A DNA stretch of 63,169 bases, filler included, from Chiloscyllium plagiosum (taxonomy: Eukaryota), in assembly GCF_004010195.1 (NCBI RefSeq). It is 4 parts of one record of this genome, joined end to end, with 100 filler letters (N's around TTAATTAATTAA, not from the genome) between each part and the next. Parts side by side here need not be neighbours in the genome. Positions count along the whole stretch, not along the records: positions 16,519 to 30,595 come from NC_057715.1; positions 30,696 to 61,558 come from NC_057715.1; 2 more parts are not named here. The stretch is one strand, 5' to 3'. The notes under the pieces are model-generated. The model did not search any database, was not told the origin of the DNA, and was given only the letters and a program-made list of their open reading frames with translations. The translations under genes were made by a program, and so were the position numbers. Positions 24,762-38,879 of this stretch are shown piece by piece (positions within the stretch are counted from its first letter, which is position 1; each line of letters begins with the position of its first letter).

Positions 24762-25947
24762 CGTCCCATTGTGAAACTCCAATCCATTATGAGCCAAGTC
24801 AATCACAGCTTTCATAACTTAATCCTGGTTTTATTTTGTGCTTCATGTGCTGTCTTGGTTTCTTACCAATAGGCAAACATTGCAATTTATCAGAGACTGG
24901 TTAATTGACAGTTTCCAGTAACTCTGGAATTATTCAGCCTCTAAATAATAATGCCTCTGCTGCAATATTAGGAAATGAATGAGATTTTTGAAATTGGCAT
25001 TTGTGTTCACATTTTCTGCATCTGTTACTTCTATTGCTATTTCTTTTTTGTGTCTTTTGTATTGCTCTTTAATTTTGATTGTCTTCTGTAAACGAATGCA
25101 AGTTCCAGCGTTGCTATGTCTCCTCTATTTCAGCATGGAAGGATAGTAGCCTTCTGATCATTTGTCACACCAGCCAAGCGCCAGGATTATCTCAGTTTCT
25201 GAGCTCTGAGCTTTACTATCTCTTCCACCTCCTCCCACACGTGCCGCAACACTCCACTTGACCAGAACCCTGTCCTGTTGGTAAGCAGAAATGTATGGAA
25301 GGAAAAGATATGCTCTGAAAATGCCTGTTCAACTTTCTAACACTTGTTTATCGTTATAAATTTTCATTAATCATCCTTGACGCATGGCAACATGTGACAC
25401 ACAAACGCAAAGCAGAAGGCGGCTTCAAGTCTACTCCACCAAGATCATGACTGAACTGATTGTCGTTTCACTTACACATTCCCGCCCACACCCCAACCAA
25501 ACATTGACTCCGTTGTTTCTCAACACATTCCACAAATACCATCTTGACTGCACTAATTAATAGAGGATTTTTAATATTTCATTCAGGATATGAGTATCGC
25601 TGACTAAACTGTCTGCCATTGCCTTCGGGCATATTCAAAGAAGGAGAGACAGAGAGAGAAGTTGAAATTAATCTTGGGTGTAGCACAAAGCTGGTAATAG
25701 CAAGTTTGCAATATATTTTACACTCCATAAAATGTTCCTTAACAAAAAGAAGATAAGGGAATATGGAATCTCGGGATTAGAATTGCATTCATCAAGTGGC
25801 AGATAACCACTAGGACAATGGGCCAAAAAGCATGTTCTGAAATTTTGATGCATCCTGATCATCTTTCCTTAAATGTGCATGTCTGAATTACTGATTGTGT
25901 TTTTAATGATTTCAAAAATTCAATTCTCTTGAAAAATATTTTTTCAG

Positions 25948-26053
25948 ACATTTCATCAGCTTTTATTGACTATCAGAGGACTGAAGATGGCGGATTATAC
26001 CTGATTTGTATTGCAGATGCTAATCCACTTCCGACTGAATTCATCTGGACAAA
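25948..26053 (+). CDS. First half of third Ig domain of nectin/PVR-like gene
   Basis: Acceptor TTTTTTCAG, donor AA|GTAAGA; phase 1/2; (Y)ISSAFIDYQRTEDGGLYLICIADANPLPTEFIWT, matching the nectin LxCxADANPPxTxYxW half-exon. Confidence 0.85.
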
Positions 26054-26444
26054 GTAAGAACATTTCTGTTTTATTACCCAAATACTAGGAGGAGCTGGCA
26101 TTGCAGCAAAAATACACTACAGGCTTCACATTCATGTGACGATCAGTTCAACCAATTTCTGCCTTGTACAATTCTCTAGCCTTTCAAATCACAATCCAGT
26201 AACCTGTGCAAATTCTGGAATGGGAGCACTGACCATTTGCAAATTTCTAACCTGAGCTCCCATTCGGCGAAACTCTGTCAAAGTACTCAATTGTAAACTT
26301 CACTGCAATGTTTCTTGCACTTTGGAGCTGAGATTAAATTCATATGTAGTGAAATTCTGCTGCTCTCTGCTGAGTGCAAATGGTTTGCTCACTCCCTGCT
26401 TTCTAATGGTGCGGACTCCCAACATAAAATTCCACTAAATTCTA

Positions 26445-29400
26445 CACCTGATAATCACAATAAAGATGGAGTTAGTAGACATTTGGAGACGTCTCCATCC
26501 TAAGGGCAGAGATTTTACATTCTTTTCCAATCCTCATAAATGCCACACAAGGATTAATTATTTCCTAACTCCCGCAACCTTTTTGGATTTGGTGGTATGC
26601 TGTTCGATTGTGAATATTGCCATCTCTGATCATGCAGCGGTGTAATTAACGGTTAACATTAAGGGTGATGCAAAGGGCTCACGGTACTGGAGAATGGATC
26701 CCTTCATCCTCAAGGACAGCAAGTTTGTAGAATACTTCTCCAGGGAATTTGAAGCTTTTTTGGCCACCAACTCAGGTACACCTAGTAATCCATCCATTCT
26801 TTGGGAGACTGCTATGGCCTATGCGAGAGGGATAATTATCTCATATTCTGTCAGTCAGAAGGGAGAGCAGCAGTGTCTGCTTGAAGTACAATTGAAAGCA
26901 ATTGAGACGGCTTAAACAGTCGACAGTCAGTGACTAAGCTGCAGCGGATCACAGCTCTCCAATCCACCTTAAACCTATCCTCACACATACAGCAAGGAAG
27001 GAACTTTCCTTTGCGAAGCAGATGCTGTTTGATGATAAGTCAGGTAAATACTTGGCATATTTGGTCAGGAAGAAGAATGCCTCCTAGTCTATTGCTTCTA
27101 TCAGGGAAGGGAACAGGACTCTTACTTACGATGCTAAAAAGATCAATGAGACATTTTGGAGATTTTACTCTGAACTTTACCAGTCTGAATGCTGTGAGGA
27201 CAGACTGGATAAGATGGAGTCTTTTTTAGGAATTTGGATCTTCCTGATGTGTCTGCTGAACAAGCATCTCTCCTTAGTGCTCATTAACAGCTCAAGACTT
27301 ACAGGAGATGGTGAGGCAACTTCAAAGTTGGATGGTGCCCGGCCCTGATGGCTTGCCCAGTGAATTTTATAAAGAATTTGTAGGCATACTGTTGGGGCCA
27401 ACTCTAGATACGTATAACTATTCATATAGTCAGGGTTGCCTCCTGACATCCTTGAGAGAGGCTAATATCTCTCTTATCCTCAAGAAAGGGTAGATCCCGG
27501 AAAACTGTTTTTTACCGATCCATCTCGCTTTTAATCTCTGATTTTAAAATTTTGTCTAAGACTGTAGCATTGTGGTTGGAAAGGGTGTTGCCTTCTATTG
27601 TTGAGGAGGATCAGACGGGCCTTATAAAGGGTCACAGATCCTCTAATAATGTTAGGAGACTGCTTAACATGATTCAAGTATGTCAGCAACAGTCAGTTCA
27701 AGGGTTGGTGGTTTCCTTGGACTCTGAGAAGACATTTGATCAGTTGGAATGGCTGTATCTTTTTTATACACTGGAGCAGTTTGGCCTGGGTGAAGTGTTT
27801 ACTCGATGAGCAGCAGTGTCTGCTTGAAGTACAATTGAAAGCAATTGAGACGGCTTAAACAGTAGACAGTCAGTGACTAAGCTGCAGCGGATCACAGCTC
27901 TCCGATCCACCTATCCTCATGCATACAGCAAGGAAGGAACTTTCCTTTGCGAAGCAGATGCTGTTTTTTGATAAGTCAGGTAAATATTTGGCATATTTGG
28001 TCAGGAAGAAGAATGCCTCCTAGTCTATTGCTTCTATCAGGGAAGGAATAGGACTCTTACCTACGATGCTAAAAAGATCAATGAGACATTTTGGAGATTT
28101 TACTCTGAACTTTACCAGTCTGAATGCTGTGAGGACAGACTGGATAAGATGGAGTCTTCTTTTAGGAATTTGGATCTTCCTGATTTGTCTGCTGAACAAG
28201 CATCTCTCCTTAGTGCTCCGTTAGCAGCTCACGACATACAGGAGATGGTGAGGCAACTTCAAAGTTGGATGGTGCCTGGCCCTGATGGTTTGCCCAGTGA
28301 ATTTTATAAAGAATTTGTAGGCATACTGTTGGGGCCAATTGTAGATACGTATAACTATTCATATAGTCAGGGTTGCCTCCTGACATCCTTGAGAGAGGCT
28401 AATATCTCTCTTATCCTCAAGAAAGGGTAGATCCCGGAAAACTGTTTTTTACCGATCCATCTCGCTTTTAATCTCTGATTTTAAAATTTTGTCTAAGACT
28501 GTAGCATTGTGGTTGGAAAGGGTGTTGCCTTCTATTGTTGAGGAGGATCAGACGGGCCTTATAAAGGGTCACAGATCCTCTAATAATGTTAGGAGACTGC
28601 TTAACATGATTCAAGTATGTCAGCAACAGTCAGTTCAAGGGTTGGTGGTTTCCTTGGACTCTGAGAAGACATTTGATCAGTTGGAATGGCTGTATCTTTT
28701 TTATACACTGGAGCAGTTTGGCCTGGGTGAAGTGTTTACTCGATTGGTAAGAGTCCTTTACAGTAATCCTCTGGCAGCTGTTCTCACTAATGGTATACGG
28801 TCTGATAATTTTAACATCGGTAGGGGCAGTCAGCAAGGCTGTCCCCTCTCATCTTTACTCTTCACATTGGTGATTCAGCTGCTGGCAGTGGCCATTCGTG
28901 GGGACCCCAATATAACTGCCCAAAGGTAGGGTCGAAGGTGTATCAGATTACATTATATGCAGATGATGTTCTCATTTTTCTTTTGAATTTGGCAGTTTCG
29001 GTGCCCTATTTGGTACAATGTATTAATTCATTTGGCTTTTTCTCAGGTTACAAGATCAATTTTTCAAAACCGGAATCTATGCCTATGGAAGTGGTCTTAG
29101 GGGAATACCAGGTGTTGAAGGTGGGTTCCCCTTTAAGTAGGCACAGGGAAGTTTTCTTTATTTGGGTCTCTCTGTTACCCTAGTTTTGATCAGTAATTTA
29201 TGGCTACTTTTGTTCATTTGTTTGACAAGATTAAACAAGATCTTCAAAGATAGGGGGCCCTTCCAATATCATGGCTCAATCAAGCTGCTCTTTTTAAAAT
29301 GAATGTTCTTCATTGCTTACTATTCAGTCTGTAGATGTTTCCCTTTTTCCTTGACAAATGTTTCGAAAGTTAAGTGGTTGGTTTAGTTCTTTTATTTGGC

Positions 29401-30595
29401 ACCATAAGATGCCCCTTATCAAGCTTACAAAGTTGCAAATGCTCCAGGGGTTAGGCGGAGTGGATCTCCCGGACATCACAAGATATCAGTTGAGCTCCCT
29501 TCTATCTTTTGTGAGTGATTGGGCCTGTGGGGACTCATCATCGATGTAGTTGGACATTGAGGTCTCCCAGGCAAAGTGTCCTCTTATTAACTTGTTGTTT
29601 CTGGACAAAATGAGGACAGTTGCAGAACATTGCCACAATCCAATATTTATTAATACTGTCAAAGCATGGAGGGCAATGAGACAGATGAAGAGTAATATGT
29701 CTAAAACATCTTTCCATACTCCCATAGTTGGTATGCCAGGTTTTCAACCAAGGACAATGGATCCCATGTTTAAATCCTGAGTGGATATGGGAGTTTAGGT
29801 GATCTGTTTGAAAATGAAACTTTGATGTAATTTGATCAAATAACTCGTAAGGATGGATTATCAAGTAGGAACCTCTTCCGTTTTGCTTAGATCAGAGATT
29901 TTATCTGAAAAGAGACTATACTTCTGATTGAGGGTTATAGATCTGATATGGAAAAGAGGGTGCTTCATGCGAAGAGCACCCTTTCAGTGAGTACTCTCTG
30001 TCATTTGTTGGCAGGAGGTTCCTTGGCATGGGAGAGAGAGTCGGGGTGGAGATCACTCCAGAAACTTGGGAGGACATTTGTGAGAATGTGAGGAAGATTT
30101 CAAAATGTAATAGGACCCATGCTGTGCAGTTAATGATTCTTCAGAGGGCTCAGATATCTTGCAAAAATTTAAGCAGAGAGCATCTTCAAGGTGCCTTAAG
30201 TGTAAAATAAATGAGGTAACCTCACTCTTTGTTTGTGGTATTGCGCCAGGCTCTGAGCATATTGAAGCGCTGTGGCAGGAGTAATGGAGAGGGTCTTGGG
30301 GACAGAAGTCAAGGTGGATCCAGTTTCTCCTGGGTTGACCGAATTTATCTCCCTTAGATATACATGGGAAAAAGAGTTTTAACATCCTCACTTTTTGTGC
30401 AAGTCTGAGAACCCCCTGGGTCTATTGGGGTGACATAAGTTAATTATGGGCCACATTCCTTTGGACTTGCTTACAAACATGGTGTACCAGAAAATAGACA
30501 ATTTTTATAAGATGTGGCAGCACTTTCTGAATTATTTGGAAGAGGATCTGTCCGCCATTTATATTAGGGCTTTTGCCTAGTCATGATGGTTTAGT
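26445..30595 (+). mobile_element. Decayed L1-clade LINE ORF2 (EN-RT-Cys region) with internal ~940-bp tandem duplication
   Basis: DIWRRLHP, FTFFSNPH, ISDHAAV (endonuclease); PGPDG, DQTG, SLDSEKTFD, QGCPLS, LYADDVL (RT); 26865-27807 repeated at 27808-28744. Confidence 0.92.
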
Positions 30596-30695
30596 NNNNN
30601 NNNNNNNNNNNNNNNNNNNNNNNNNNNNNNNNNNNNNNNTTAATTAATTAANNNNNNNNNNNNNNNNNNNNNNNNNNNNNNNNNNNNNNNNNNNN

Positions 30696-32538
30696 TAGAA
30701 ATGATAGTAAAAGTTTCTTTCAATACATAAGAAACAAACGAGAGGCAAAAGTAGAAATTGGGCAACTCCAAATTTATGCAGGAAGGTTAGTGATGGGAGA
30801 TAAGGAAGTAGCTGAAGAACTTAACAAATACTTTGTGTCAGTCTTCATAGTGGAAGACATGAGTAATATCCCAACAATTAAGGAGAGTTAAGGGCTAGAA
30901 TTGAGAATGGTAGCCATTACAAAAGAGAAAGTGCTAGAAAAGCTAAAAGCTCTAAAAATTGATAAATCTCCTGGCCCGGATGGGGTACATCCTAGAGTTC
31001 TGAGGGAGGTGGCTGAAGAAATAACAGAGGCGTTTGTTGTAATCTTTCAAAAATCACTGGAGTCAGGGAAAGTCCTAGATGATTGGAAAATCGCTGTTGT
31101 AACCCCCTTGTTCAAGAAAGGATCGAGTTAAAAGATGGAAAATTATAGGCCGAGTAGCCTAACCTTGGTTGTATGTAAAATTCTAGAATCCATCATTAAG
31201 GATGAGATTTCTAAATTCTTGGAAGTGCAGGGTCCGATTCAAACAAATCAGCATGGATTTAGTAAGGGGAGGTCGTGCCTGACAAACCTGTTAGAATTCT
31301 TTGAAGAGGTAACAAGTAGGTTAGACCAGGGAAACCTGGTGGATGTTATCTACCTAGACTTCCAAATGGCGTTTCATAAGGTGCCTCACGGAGGCTGCTG
31401 AGTAAGGTGAGGGGCCCACGGTGTTTGAGGTGAGCTACTGGCATGGACTGAGGATTGGCTGTCTGATGGAAGGCAGAGAGTTGGGATAAAAGGTTCTTTT
31501 TCGGAATGGCAGCCAGTGACAAGTGGTGTCCCGCAGGGTTCAGTGTTGGGGCTGCAGCTGTTCACTTTATATATTAATGATCTGGATGAAAGGATTTGGG
31601 GGCATTCTGGCTAAGTTCGCCGATGATGCAAAGTTAGGTGGACAGGCAGGTAGTTCTGAGGAGGTGAGGAAGCTGCAGAAAGATTTAGACAGTTTAGGAG
31701 TGGTCCAAGAAATGGCTGATGAAATTCACCGTGAGCAAATGTGAGGTCTTGCACTTTGGAAAAAAGAATACAGGCATGGACTATTTTCTAAACGGTGAGA
31801 AAATTCATAAAGGCAAAGTACAAAGGGATCTGGGAGTGCTAATCCAGGATTCTCTAAAGACTGACTTGCAGGTTGAGTCTGTGGTTAAGAAAGCAAATGT
31901 AATGTTGTCATTTATCTCGAGGGTTGGAATGTCAAAACAGTGATGTGCTACTGAGACTTTATAAAGCTCTAGTTAGGCCTCTTTTAGAATACTGTGTCCA
32001 ATTTTGGGTCCCACAGCTCAGGAAGGACACACTGGCACTGGATGGTGTCCAGCAGAGATTCACACGGTTGATCCCTGGAATGGTAGGCCTAACATATGAG
32101 GAATGGCTGAGGATACTGGGATTGTATTCTTTGGAGTTTAGAAGATTAAGGGGAGATCTAATAGAAACTTATAAGATAATACATGGCTTGGAGAGGGTGG
32201 ACGCTAGGAAATTGTTTCCATTAGGCGAGGAGACTAGGACCCGTGGACACAGCCTTAGAATTAGAGGGGGTCATTTCAGAACAGAAATGCGGAGACATTT
32301 CTTCAGCCAGAGAGTGGTGGGCCTGTGGAATTCATTGCCACGGAGTGCAGTGGAAGCCGGGACGCTAAATGTCTTCAAGGCCGAGATTGATAGATTCTTG
32401 TTGTCTAGAGGAATTAAGGGCTACGGGGAGAACGCTGGTAAGTGGAGCTGAAATGCGCATCAGCCATGATTGAATGACGGAGTGGACTCGATGGGCCGAA
32501 TGGCCTTACTTCCACTCCTATGTCTTATGGTCTTATGT
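30696..32538 (+). mobile_element. CR1 LINE ORF2 RT and 3' end
   Basis: KSPGPDGVHPRVL, QHGFSKGRSCLTNL, YLDFQ, KFADDAKL, LYKALVRPLLEYCVQFW, WNSLP; tail (TCTTATGG)n. Confidence 0.95.
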
Positions 32539-32966
32539 TTCCTACTGCCAGAGTGTACAATCCTTTCATAATTTTATACGTCTCATCTTATGCTTACATC
32601 CAAATCATTTATGTAAATGATAAAAAGTAGAGTACCCAGCACCGATCCTTGTGGCACTCCACTGGTCACAGGCCTCCAGTCTGAAAAACAACCCTCCACC
32701 ACCACCCTCTGTTGTGTGATGTCCTCTGGCATTAAGCTTTATCTTGGCACTTTTGCAAACATTCCTTCCTTTTTTCCAACAGTCCATTCACATTCAGCTT
32801 GCAATGTCTCTCAGAATGAATGCAAGACATCATCTGATCTCCCAATAAAATGCTATGGTTGCTGACTAGAAACTTCAGAGCTTTTGCACGTGTCAAAAAT
32901 ATTTCTGGAGAGTAAGTTTCTTCCCTCTCAGCAGATGTTGTCTTATATTAGGATCATTTATGCCTG

Positions 32967-33315
32967 AGGGAAGGCGTTGACCTAGTAGTACTTTCACTGG
33001 ACTGTTAATCCAGAGACTCAGGTAATATTCCAGGGACCTGGGTTTGAATCTCTGCATAGCAGATTGTGAATTCAGTAAAAATCTGGAATGAAAACTCTAT
33101 TCTTGATCATTAATCCATTGTTGTTTGTTTGGGAAAAAAAATCCATCCAGTTCACTAATCCCCCTTTAGGGAAGGAAACTGCCTTCCTTACCTGGTCTGG
33201 CCTACATGTGACTTCAGACCAACAGTAATGTGGTTGACACTTAACTGCCCCTTGGGCAATTAGGGATGGGCAATAAATGCCAGCAATGCCCTCATCACAT
33301 GAATGAATAAATAAA
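32967..33315 (+). mobile_element. tRNA-derived SINE with LINE-like 3' tail
   Basis: A-box-like TGACCTAGTAG, B box GGTTTGAATC; tail GGGCAATTAGGGATGGGCAATAAATGC..TGAATGAATAAA resembles LINE ends at ~11300 and ~20046. Confidence 0.65.
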
Positions 33316-33339
33316 ACCTATTTCTGTTGACATCATCAT

Positions 33340-34045
33340 TCAGTATCTTGGCTTACACCTGGCGGAGAATCTCACCTGGACCCGCAACACCAGCTCCATA
33401 GCCAAGAAAGCCCAGCAGCATCTCTGCTTTCTGCACAGGCTAAGGAAAGCCCACCTCCCACACACCCCTCCCCCCAAACCTCACCATATTCTACAGAGGG
33501 TTCATTGAGAATACCTTGAACTATTGCATCACTGCCTGGTTTGGGAATTGTACCGTCTTGGGTCGTAAGATGCTATAACGGATTGAGAGGATAGCTGAGA
33601 AGATCAATGGGGTCTCTCTTCCCTCCATTATAGACATTTTCACCACACACTGTACCCGAAAGGCTATGTGCTTTGTGGAAGACCCCACACACCCCTCACT
33701 CAAACTCTTCTCCCTCCTGCCATCTGGCAGAAGATACCAGAGCATTTGGTTTCTCATGGTCAGACTGTGCAACAGTTTCTTCCCCCAAGTCATCAGGCTC
33801 CTTAACACAGTATGATTGGACTCTTTCCAATCTGAAATACTTTGCATAACCTCGAATTGCTGCTAGAAAAATGTATATTATTTATCTATCTTCTATTGTA
33901 ACTCGGATGTTTTGCACTTCTCATGCACTTTATGCCATGTATGATTGTGTAGTTTGTGCTGTCCATGTAGCACCCTCCATCCTGGAGGAATGCTGTCTCA
34001 TTTTTACTGTATCTGTTGTATATGGTAGAAATGACAAATAAAAGC
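33340..34045 (+). mobile_element. Rex1/Babar-type LINE 3' fragment
   Basis: LTWTRNTSSIAKKAQQHLCFLHRLRK..TIFYRGFIE..YCITAWFGNC..DPTHP..LLPSGRRY; AATAAA then (TC)n. Confidence 0.8.
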
Positions 34046-35239
34046 TTCTCTCTCTCTCTCTCTCTCTCTCTGTATCTCTCTCTCTTTCTCTCTCCCCCCT
34101 CTGTGTCTCTTTCTCGCAGTTGTTTCAATGGATTCAGCGAGATATCTTAATGCCATCAAATACTGACCAATGGTTTTCTTTTCTCCTGTTGTTGACCACA
34201 TACTGTTTACAAGTGAGATTAATGTGGGGTTCAAACTATGTCTTCAAAGAAATGTTCCTTCAGTCTGGCTTCTCAATGCCTCAGTGAGATCTCAGGTGCA
34301 ATATAGTGTGTGGCATTTTTTCCCATCATTAATAACTTTTATTTATTCAGTCTTTTCCTGTGATTCTGTAGGTGCTTTATCATTTTGCCACAGAAAAACA
34401 GAAAACAAACACTCTGTCTCATATCCCCTTTACTTTAAATTCTGACTTATCCAGCACTTCAGAGTTACAGACTGTATTTTTTTTTCAGTTCGCTCTTTCT
34501 TTGTCGTAATTGGCTCTCTCAGAATTCTAATAACTCACTCCATCCTGGTTTTACACTTCCAACACCATGGTTCATGTGATAAGTTTTAATGGCTGCTACG
34601 AACTGAAGTGATAGCACTTTCAGCAATGGATGAGGTCACATGATTATGGCAAGCAACCAGTAAACCATGTGCAAATGCTTTTGCCCAGACAGTGCAGAGC
34701 TCCCTCAATAACGTGCAGCGCCTTCTCAGTACTGACCTTCCCATAGTACCGTGTTCCTGATAATGCAGTCAAAAAGGGGCGAAAAGACCTCTTGCAGGCC
34801 TTCCAACCATTAGGCAAGACTTCTTTTGCCTCCATTAAATACTGATTAACTCTGTTATTCACCACAGATACTGCATGATATGATGAGTACTATTCAGTAT
34901 TTTGTGTGTTTATTTCAGATTTCTTGCAGTTTCCATATTTTAATTTTGTCATTTAAAAATCTTTAATTTAATCCAAAACTTTTTGGGATGACCCCAGGAC
35001 TTGTAAGGCACTAAATAAATGCAAGATCTCCCCTCTTCACATCCCTCCCAAGGTTTTTCACTTCTTTCTCCTCATCCTTCTCCTTTCTACTGTCCTTGCC
35101 CTCTAACCCTTCACTGCCAAATTTTACAATCAGGAAGATGTGAATTAAAATTGCTACCTATTCCTAAAATCTTCAAAATCCAGACACGGATTGTAAAAAT
35201 GTGTGGACAGGTGAATCGTGAATGTTGCCTAAACGATTA

Positions 35240-35884
35240 CAGGTAGTTTTCCCATAATGCCGTAGTTGTGTTCCAGTGAAACCTCGCTTAATGGAAATAT
35301 TGGGGCCTATGGGAAATGTGGGGTGAGGGGCAGACCAGCAAAAACAAAATCACTCATGATTGCTCAAAAAGCCTAACACAAAATATTGCACTGCCTGAAT
35401 GAAGGTTTAAGTCAAATTTATTAATGAAACAAAAGTACGTTTAATGCATAACATTGAAAAAATATTGTTAATGCAGGGACAGAGGGTCATCTCCACCTTC
35501 AGGTGCAGTTGTGGTTGCAGAAGTGGGTGGCTCTTGTTGATTGTCTTCTGACTGTTTCTTGAGATGGTATGTACAAGAGTAATGCAGTCATGCAGGAATT
35601 ACGCAAGGCTTATACAGGAATTATACAAGAATATTCTTGTCTCGGGGAGAGTAATGAACATTCATTAGTTTAATTTTTGATATGAAGCTGCTCAGTGTAT
35701 CGTGCTGTACTCTTACATGCTCTGACAGTAGCTGACATCGGTGAGTGTACAGAATGAAGCATGTGAGGTGACCACCATCGGAATCATGCCACTGCGTTCT
35801 CAAAAATACCATTCCCTCATTCTTTAGTGACATTATAGTGACAAATCTCACTGCCAAAACACACTTTTATATGAGAACTACCTG
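35240..35884. mobile_element. Non-autonomous Tc1/mariner (Tigger-like) DNA transposon
   Basis: TIRs CAGGTAGTTTTCCCATAA / reverse complement CAGGTAGTTCTCATATAA, TA on both flanks. Confidence 0.75.
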
Positions 35885-36509
35885 TAATGTAGAAAACATC
35901 AAAGCCTGCAATTGTTAAAAATTGGGAATTTATTGGGAAATAAAAAACTACAGGGTGGAATTTTCTTTTCTTGAAAGTAATTGAGGAGTTGGGCGTGTAA
36001 GTGGAAGGATTTCTGCTTTAGGCCAGGCTGGGTTTTTCTGCATGATTACATTCTCCTCAGCTCCTCATTTGTTCATGTGCAGATAAGATGCTTAAATTTT
36101 ATGGGCAAGAAGTCTGAAAGACTGCCAGTGTCTTTTGGACACCAGTATCTATGTGCCATATTATTAGGCACCCAGAAATTACATGACTCTCTACAATCAA
36201 GGAGCAAACCTCTGCATTTCACCTTACACACTCCTGGAGTTGTCAGAGACCAGGCCAAAAGTGATGCCATCCTTCAGCAAAGCCCACCTCAAGGTTCTCC
36301 CAAAGGTTGTTCAGGAGAGTATGGAAGCTCCTTCCCCTATCCATGAAAGGTAGAAACTCTCTTGACTGATGGCAGAGGGAGTGCAGAGGTCAGCACCCAG
36401 AGATGGCTCAGGCGAACCTGGCTCCAGTGTTGCAAGGGGATGAATGATTTGCTATGCTGTGACAGTGATTATGCACCACTATCTACTCAATGCTTCATGC
36501 TCCTTTGAG

Positions 36510-37512
36510 TAAAAAGATTTAAAAGGGGCAACGTTTTCATGCAAAGGGTGATGCATTTATGGAATGAGCTGCCAGAGGAAGTGGTGGAGGCTCATACAAT
36601 TTCAACATTTAAAAGGCATCTGGATAGGTATACGAATAGGAATGGTTCAGAGGTATATGGGCCATGTGCTGGCAAATGGGACTAGATTAATTTAGGATGT
36701 CTGGTCACTATGGACAAGTTGGACCGAAGGGTCTATTTCCATGCTGTATATCTCTATGACTCTATGACTTTATGAGTGGCTGTTAGCATTGTAAGGTTGA
36801 CCACTGCGGAGGATTGTCACAGAGGAGGTTGGGTGCGAGGCATTTCCATCAGATGTCTCTTGGACTATGAATGTCTGTCACTCATTGCAGCTACCAAAAT
36901 AGCAATATTGGCACTATTGTGGTACCACCTCTCACACATCTGCCAGGGTTCAATCAAAACATAAAAGGAGCGACAACCTTCAGCAACCTATCGGTAAGAT
37001 GTTGTGAAACTTGATAGGGTTCAAAAATATTTACAAGGATGTTGCCAGGGTTGGAAGATTTGAGCTATAGGGAGAGGCTGAACAGGCTGGGGCTGTTTTC
37101 CCTGGAGCATCGGAGGTTAAGGGGTGACCTTATAGAGGTTTACAAAATTATGAGGGGCTTGGATAGGATAAATAGGAAAAGTCTTTTCCCTGGGATTGGG
37201 GAGTCCAGAACTAGAGGGCATAGGTTTAGGGTGAGAGGGGAAAGATTTAAAAAAGACCGAAGGGGAAACTTTTTCACACACAGAGTGTTATGTGTATGCA
37301 ATGAGCTGCCAGAGGAAGTGGTGGTGGCTGGTACAATTGCAACATTTAAGAGGCATTTGGATAGGTATATGAATAGGAAGGGTTTGGAGGGATATGGACC
37401 GGGTGCTGGCAGGTGGGACTAGATTGGGTTGGGATATCTGGTCGGCATGGATGGGTTGGACCAAAGGGTCTGTTTTCATGCTGTACATCTCTATGACTCT
37501 ATGTCTCTATGA
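36510..37512 (+). mobile_element. Two CR1 3' fragments (~36510-36772 and ~36995-37512)
   Basis: MLPGLEDLSYRERLNRLGLFSLE..RGDLIEVYKIM..RTRGH; (CTCTATGA)n tails. Confidence 0.9.
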
Positions 37513-38879
37513 CAGGCACACCATCAGCATATTCACATTTCTTCCCAACAAGGGGAACTTCTCCATATGACAGTTTTTCATCAAAACCTTCCATGAGACA
37601 AGGACTTTTTTGAGTTGAGTCCCCTTCTGAGTTCAGTCTCACTTGTCTGTTCTGGTAAGATTACTGGTGTTATCTTGGGCAGGCTTATTAACCTGGTCAG
37701 GCTTCACCACTTGCACTCTCAGTGTTTGTGGAAGAAGGCAGTTTGTTTATTTTGGAGCCGCGTTACTGAAGAGGTTATTACCCACTCGAGCCTGACGGAA
37801 TTGTCTACCCCACCAGGTGCACACCACATATACAAGGTCAAATTTCCCATTTTCAGCTGCTCTTGTGAACATAATTCCAGAGGGCTGTGCTGTTATTTAT
37901 GTGAATGAGTATGAAACAGATTGCCAATGAATAAGTTTAGGAAAACTGACCAGCCTGATTGGTCCTGAGAACTTAATAGCAAAACATTAACATACCATCA
38001 GAGAACTGAAATTCTGCCTTCAATTCTTTCAAAGGTTTTGGAAAATTCCACCCATAGTCCCAGTGCAAGAGGCCAACATGCTAATAATTTACAGGGAAAA
38101 CCCAACAAGTTCATTAATGCCCTCCAGGAAGGGAATTCTGGCAACTTTAAACAGTCTACAACCTGTATGTGACTCCCTGACTGTTAACTGCTTTGGGAAG
38201 TTGTCTTGTGAACCATTCAGTTGTACCAAACTTTCTTTTGCTGATTGAAGAAAGTGGGTCCTTCGACAACCTGTCAAGATAAACAAGAAATGCCTGCCTT
38301 GCCTGCAACACCCATACATTGGGGAATAATTAAGCGTAGGCATTAAACAAGGATCATTAAGAAATTTGTTTAATTTAAAAGCATTTTGAACAAAGCAATG
38401 TTAGCAATGTTTGGCATGAATGTTCTCACTGTTAATAGAAAGTGAGTGAGCAGTGGATCTAAAGGAGCTTGGTTAAATTCAGAGTTACTGTAATTAGGAA
38501 TGAGTAACTGATAGTCGATATATTGATAAGTCATTCAGGAAAGTACGAGCTCTCCAACACAATAGTCCCAATTATCAGATGGATACGAGAAGCATTATTG
38601 ACTCAGTGTCTTCTCAACACTCTCTCAGTGCTGCTCATGGCTAATTCACCATCCTGTATTGACAATTCAGTAACAGCAAGGGAAGGATTTGTCCAAAATT
38701 ACTAATTCACTGTGAGCTAAATAACTGCCTGTCACAGGACAGGGAAAAGAATGGGGCCAAGATTATAGTTTTTCCAATATCACAAAATTCCACCTGCTCA
38801 GGCAGATCAGCACATTACATAGGCTGTTCTTGTTCAACACTACAACAAAAACATTTTATTTCAAAACCCATTTGAACAT

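Noticed and set aside
25134..25280. Exon-like segment with good acceptor and GTAAGC donor between nectin exons
   Set aside because: The phase-1 frame hits TGA at ~25259 and shows no Ig motif.
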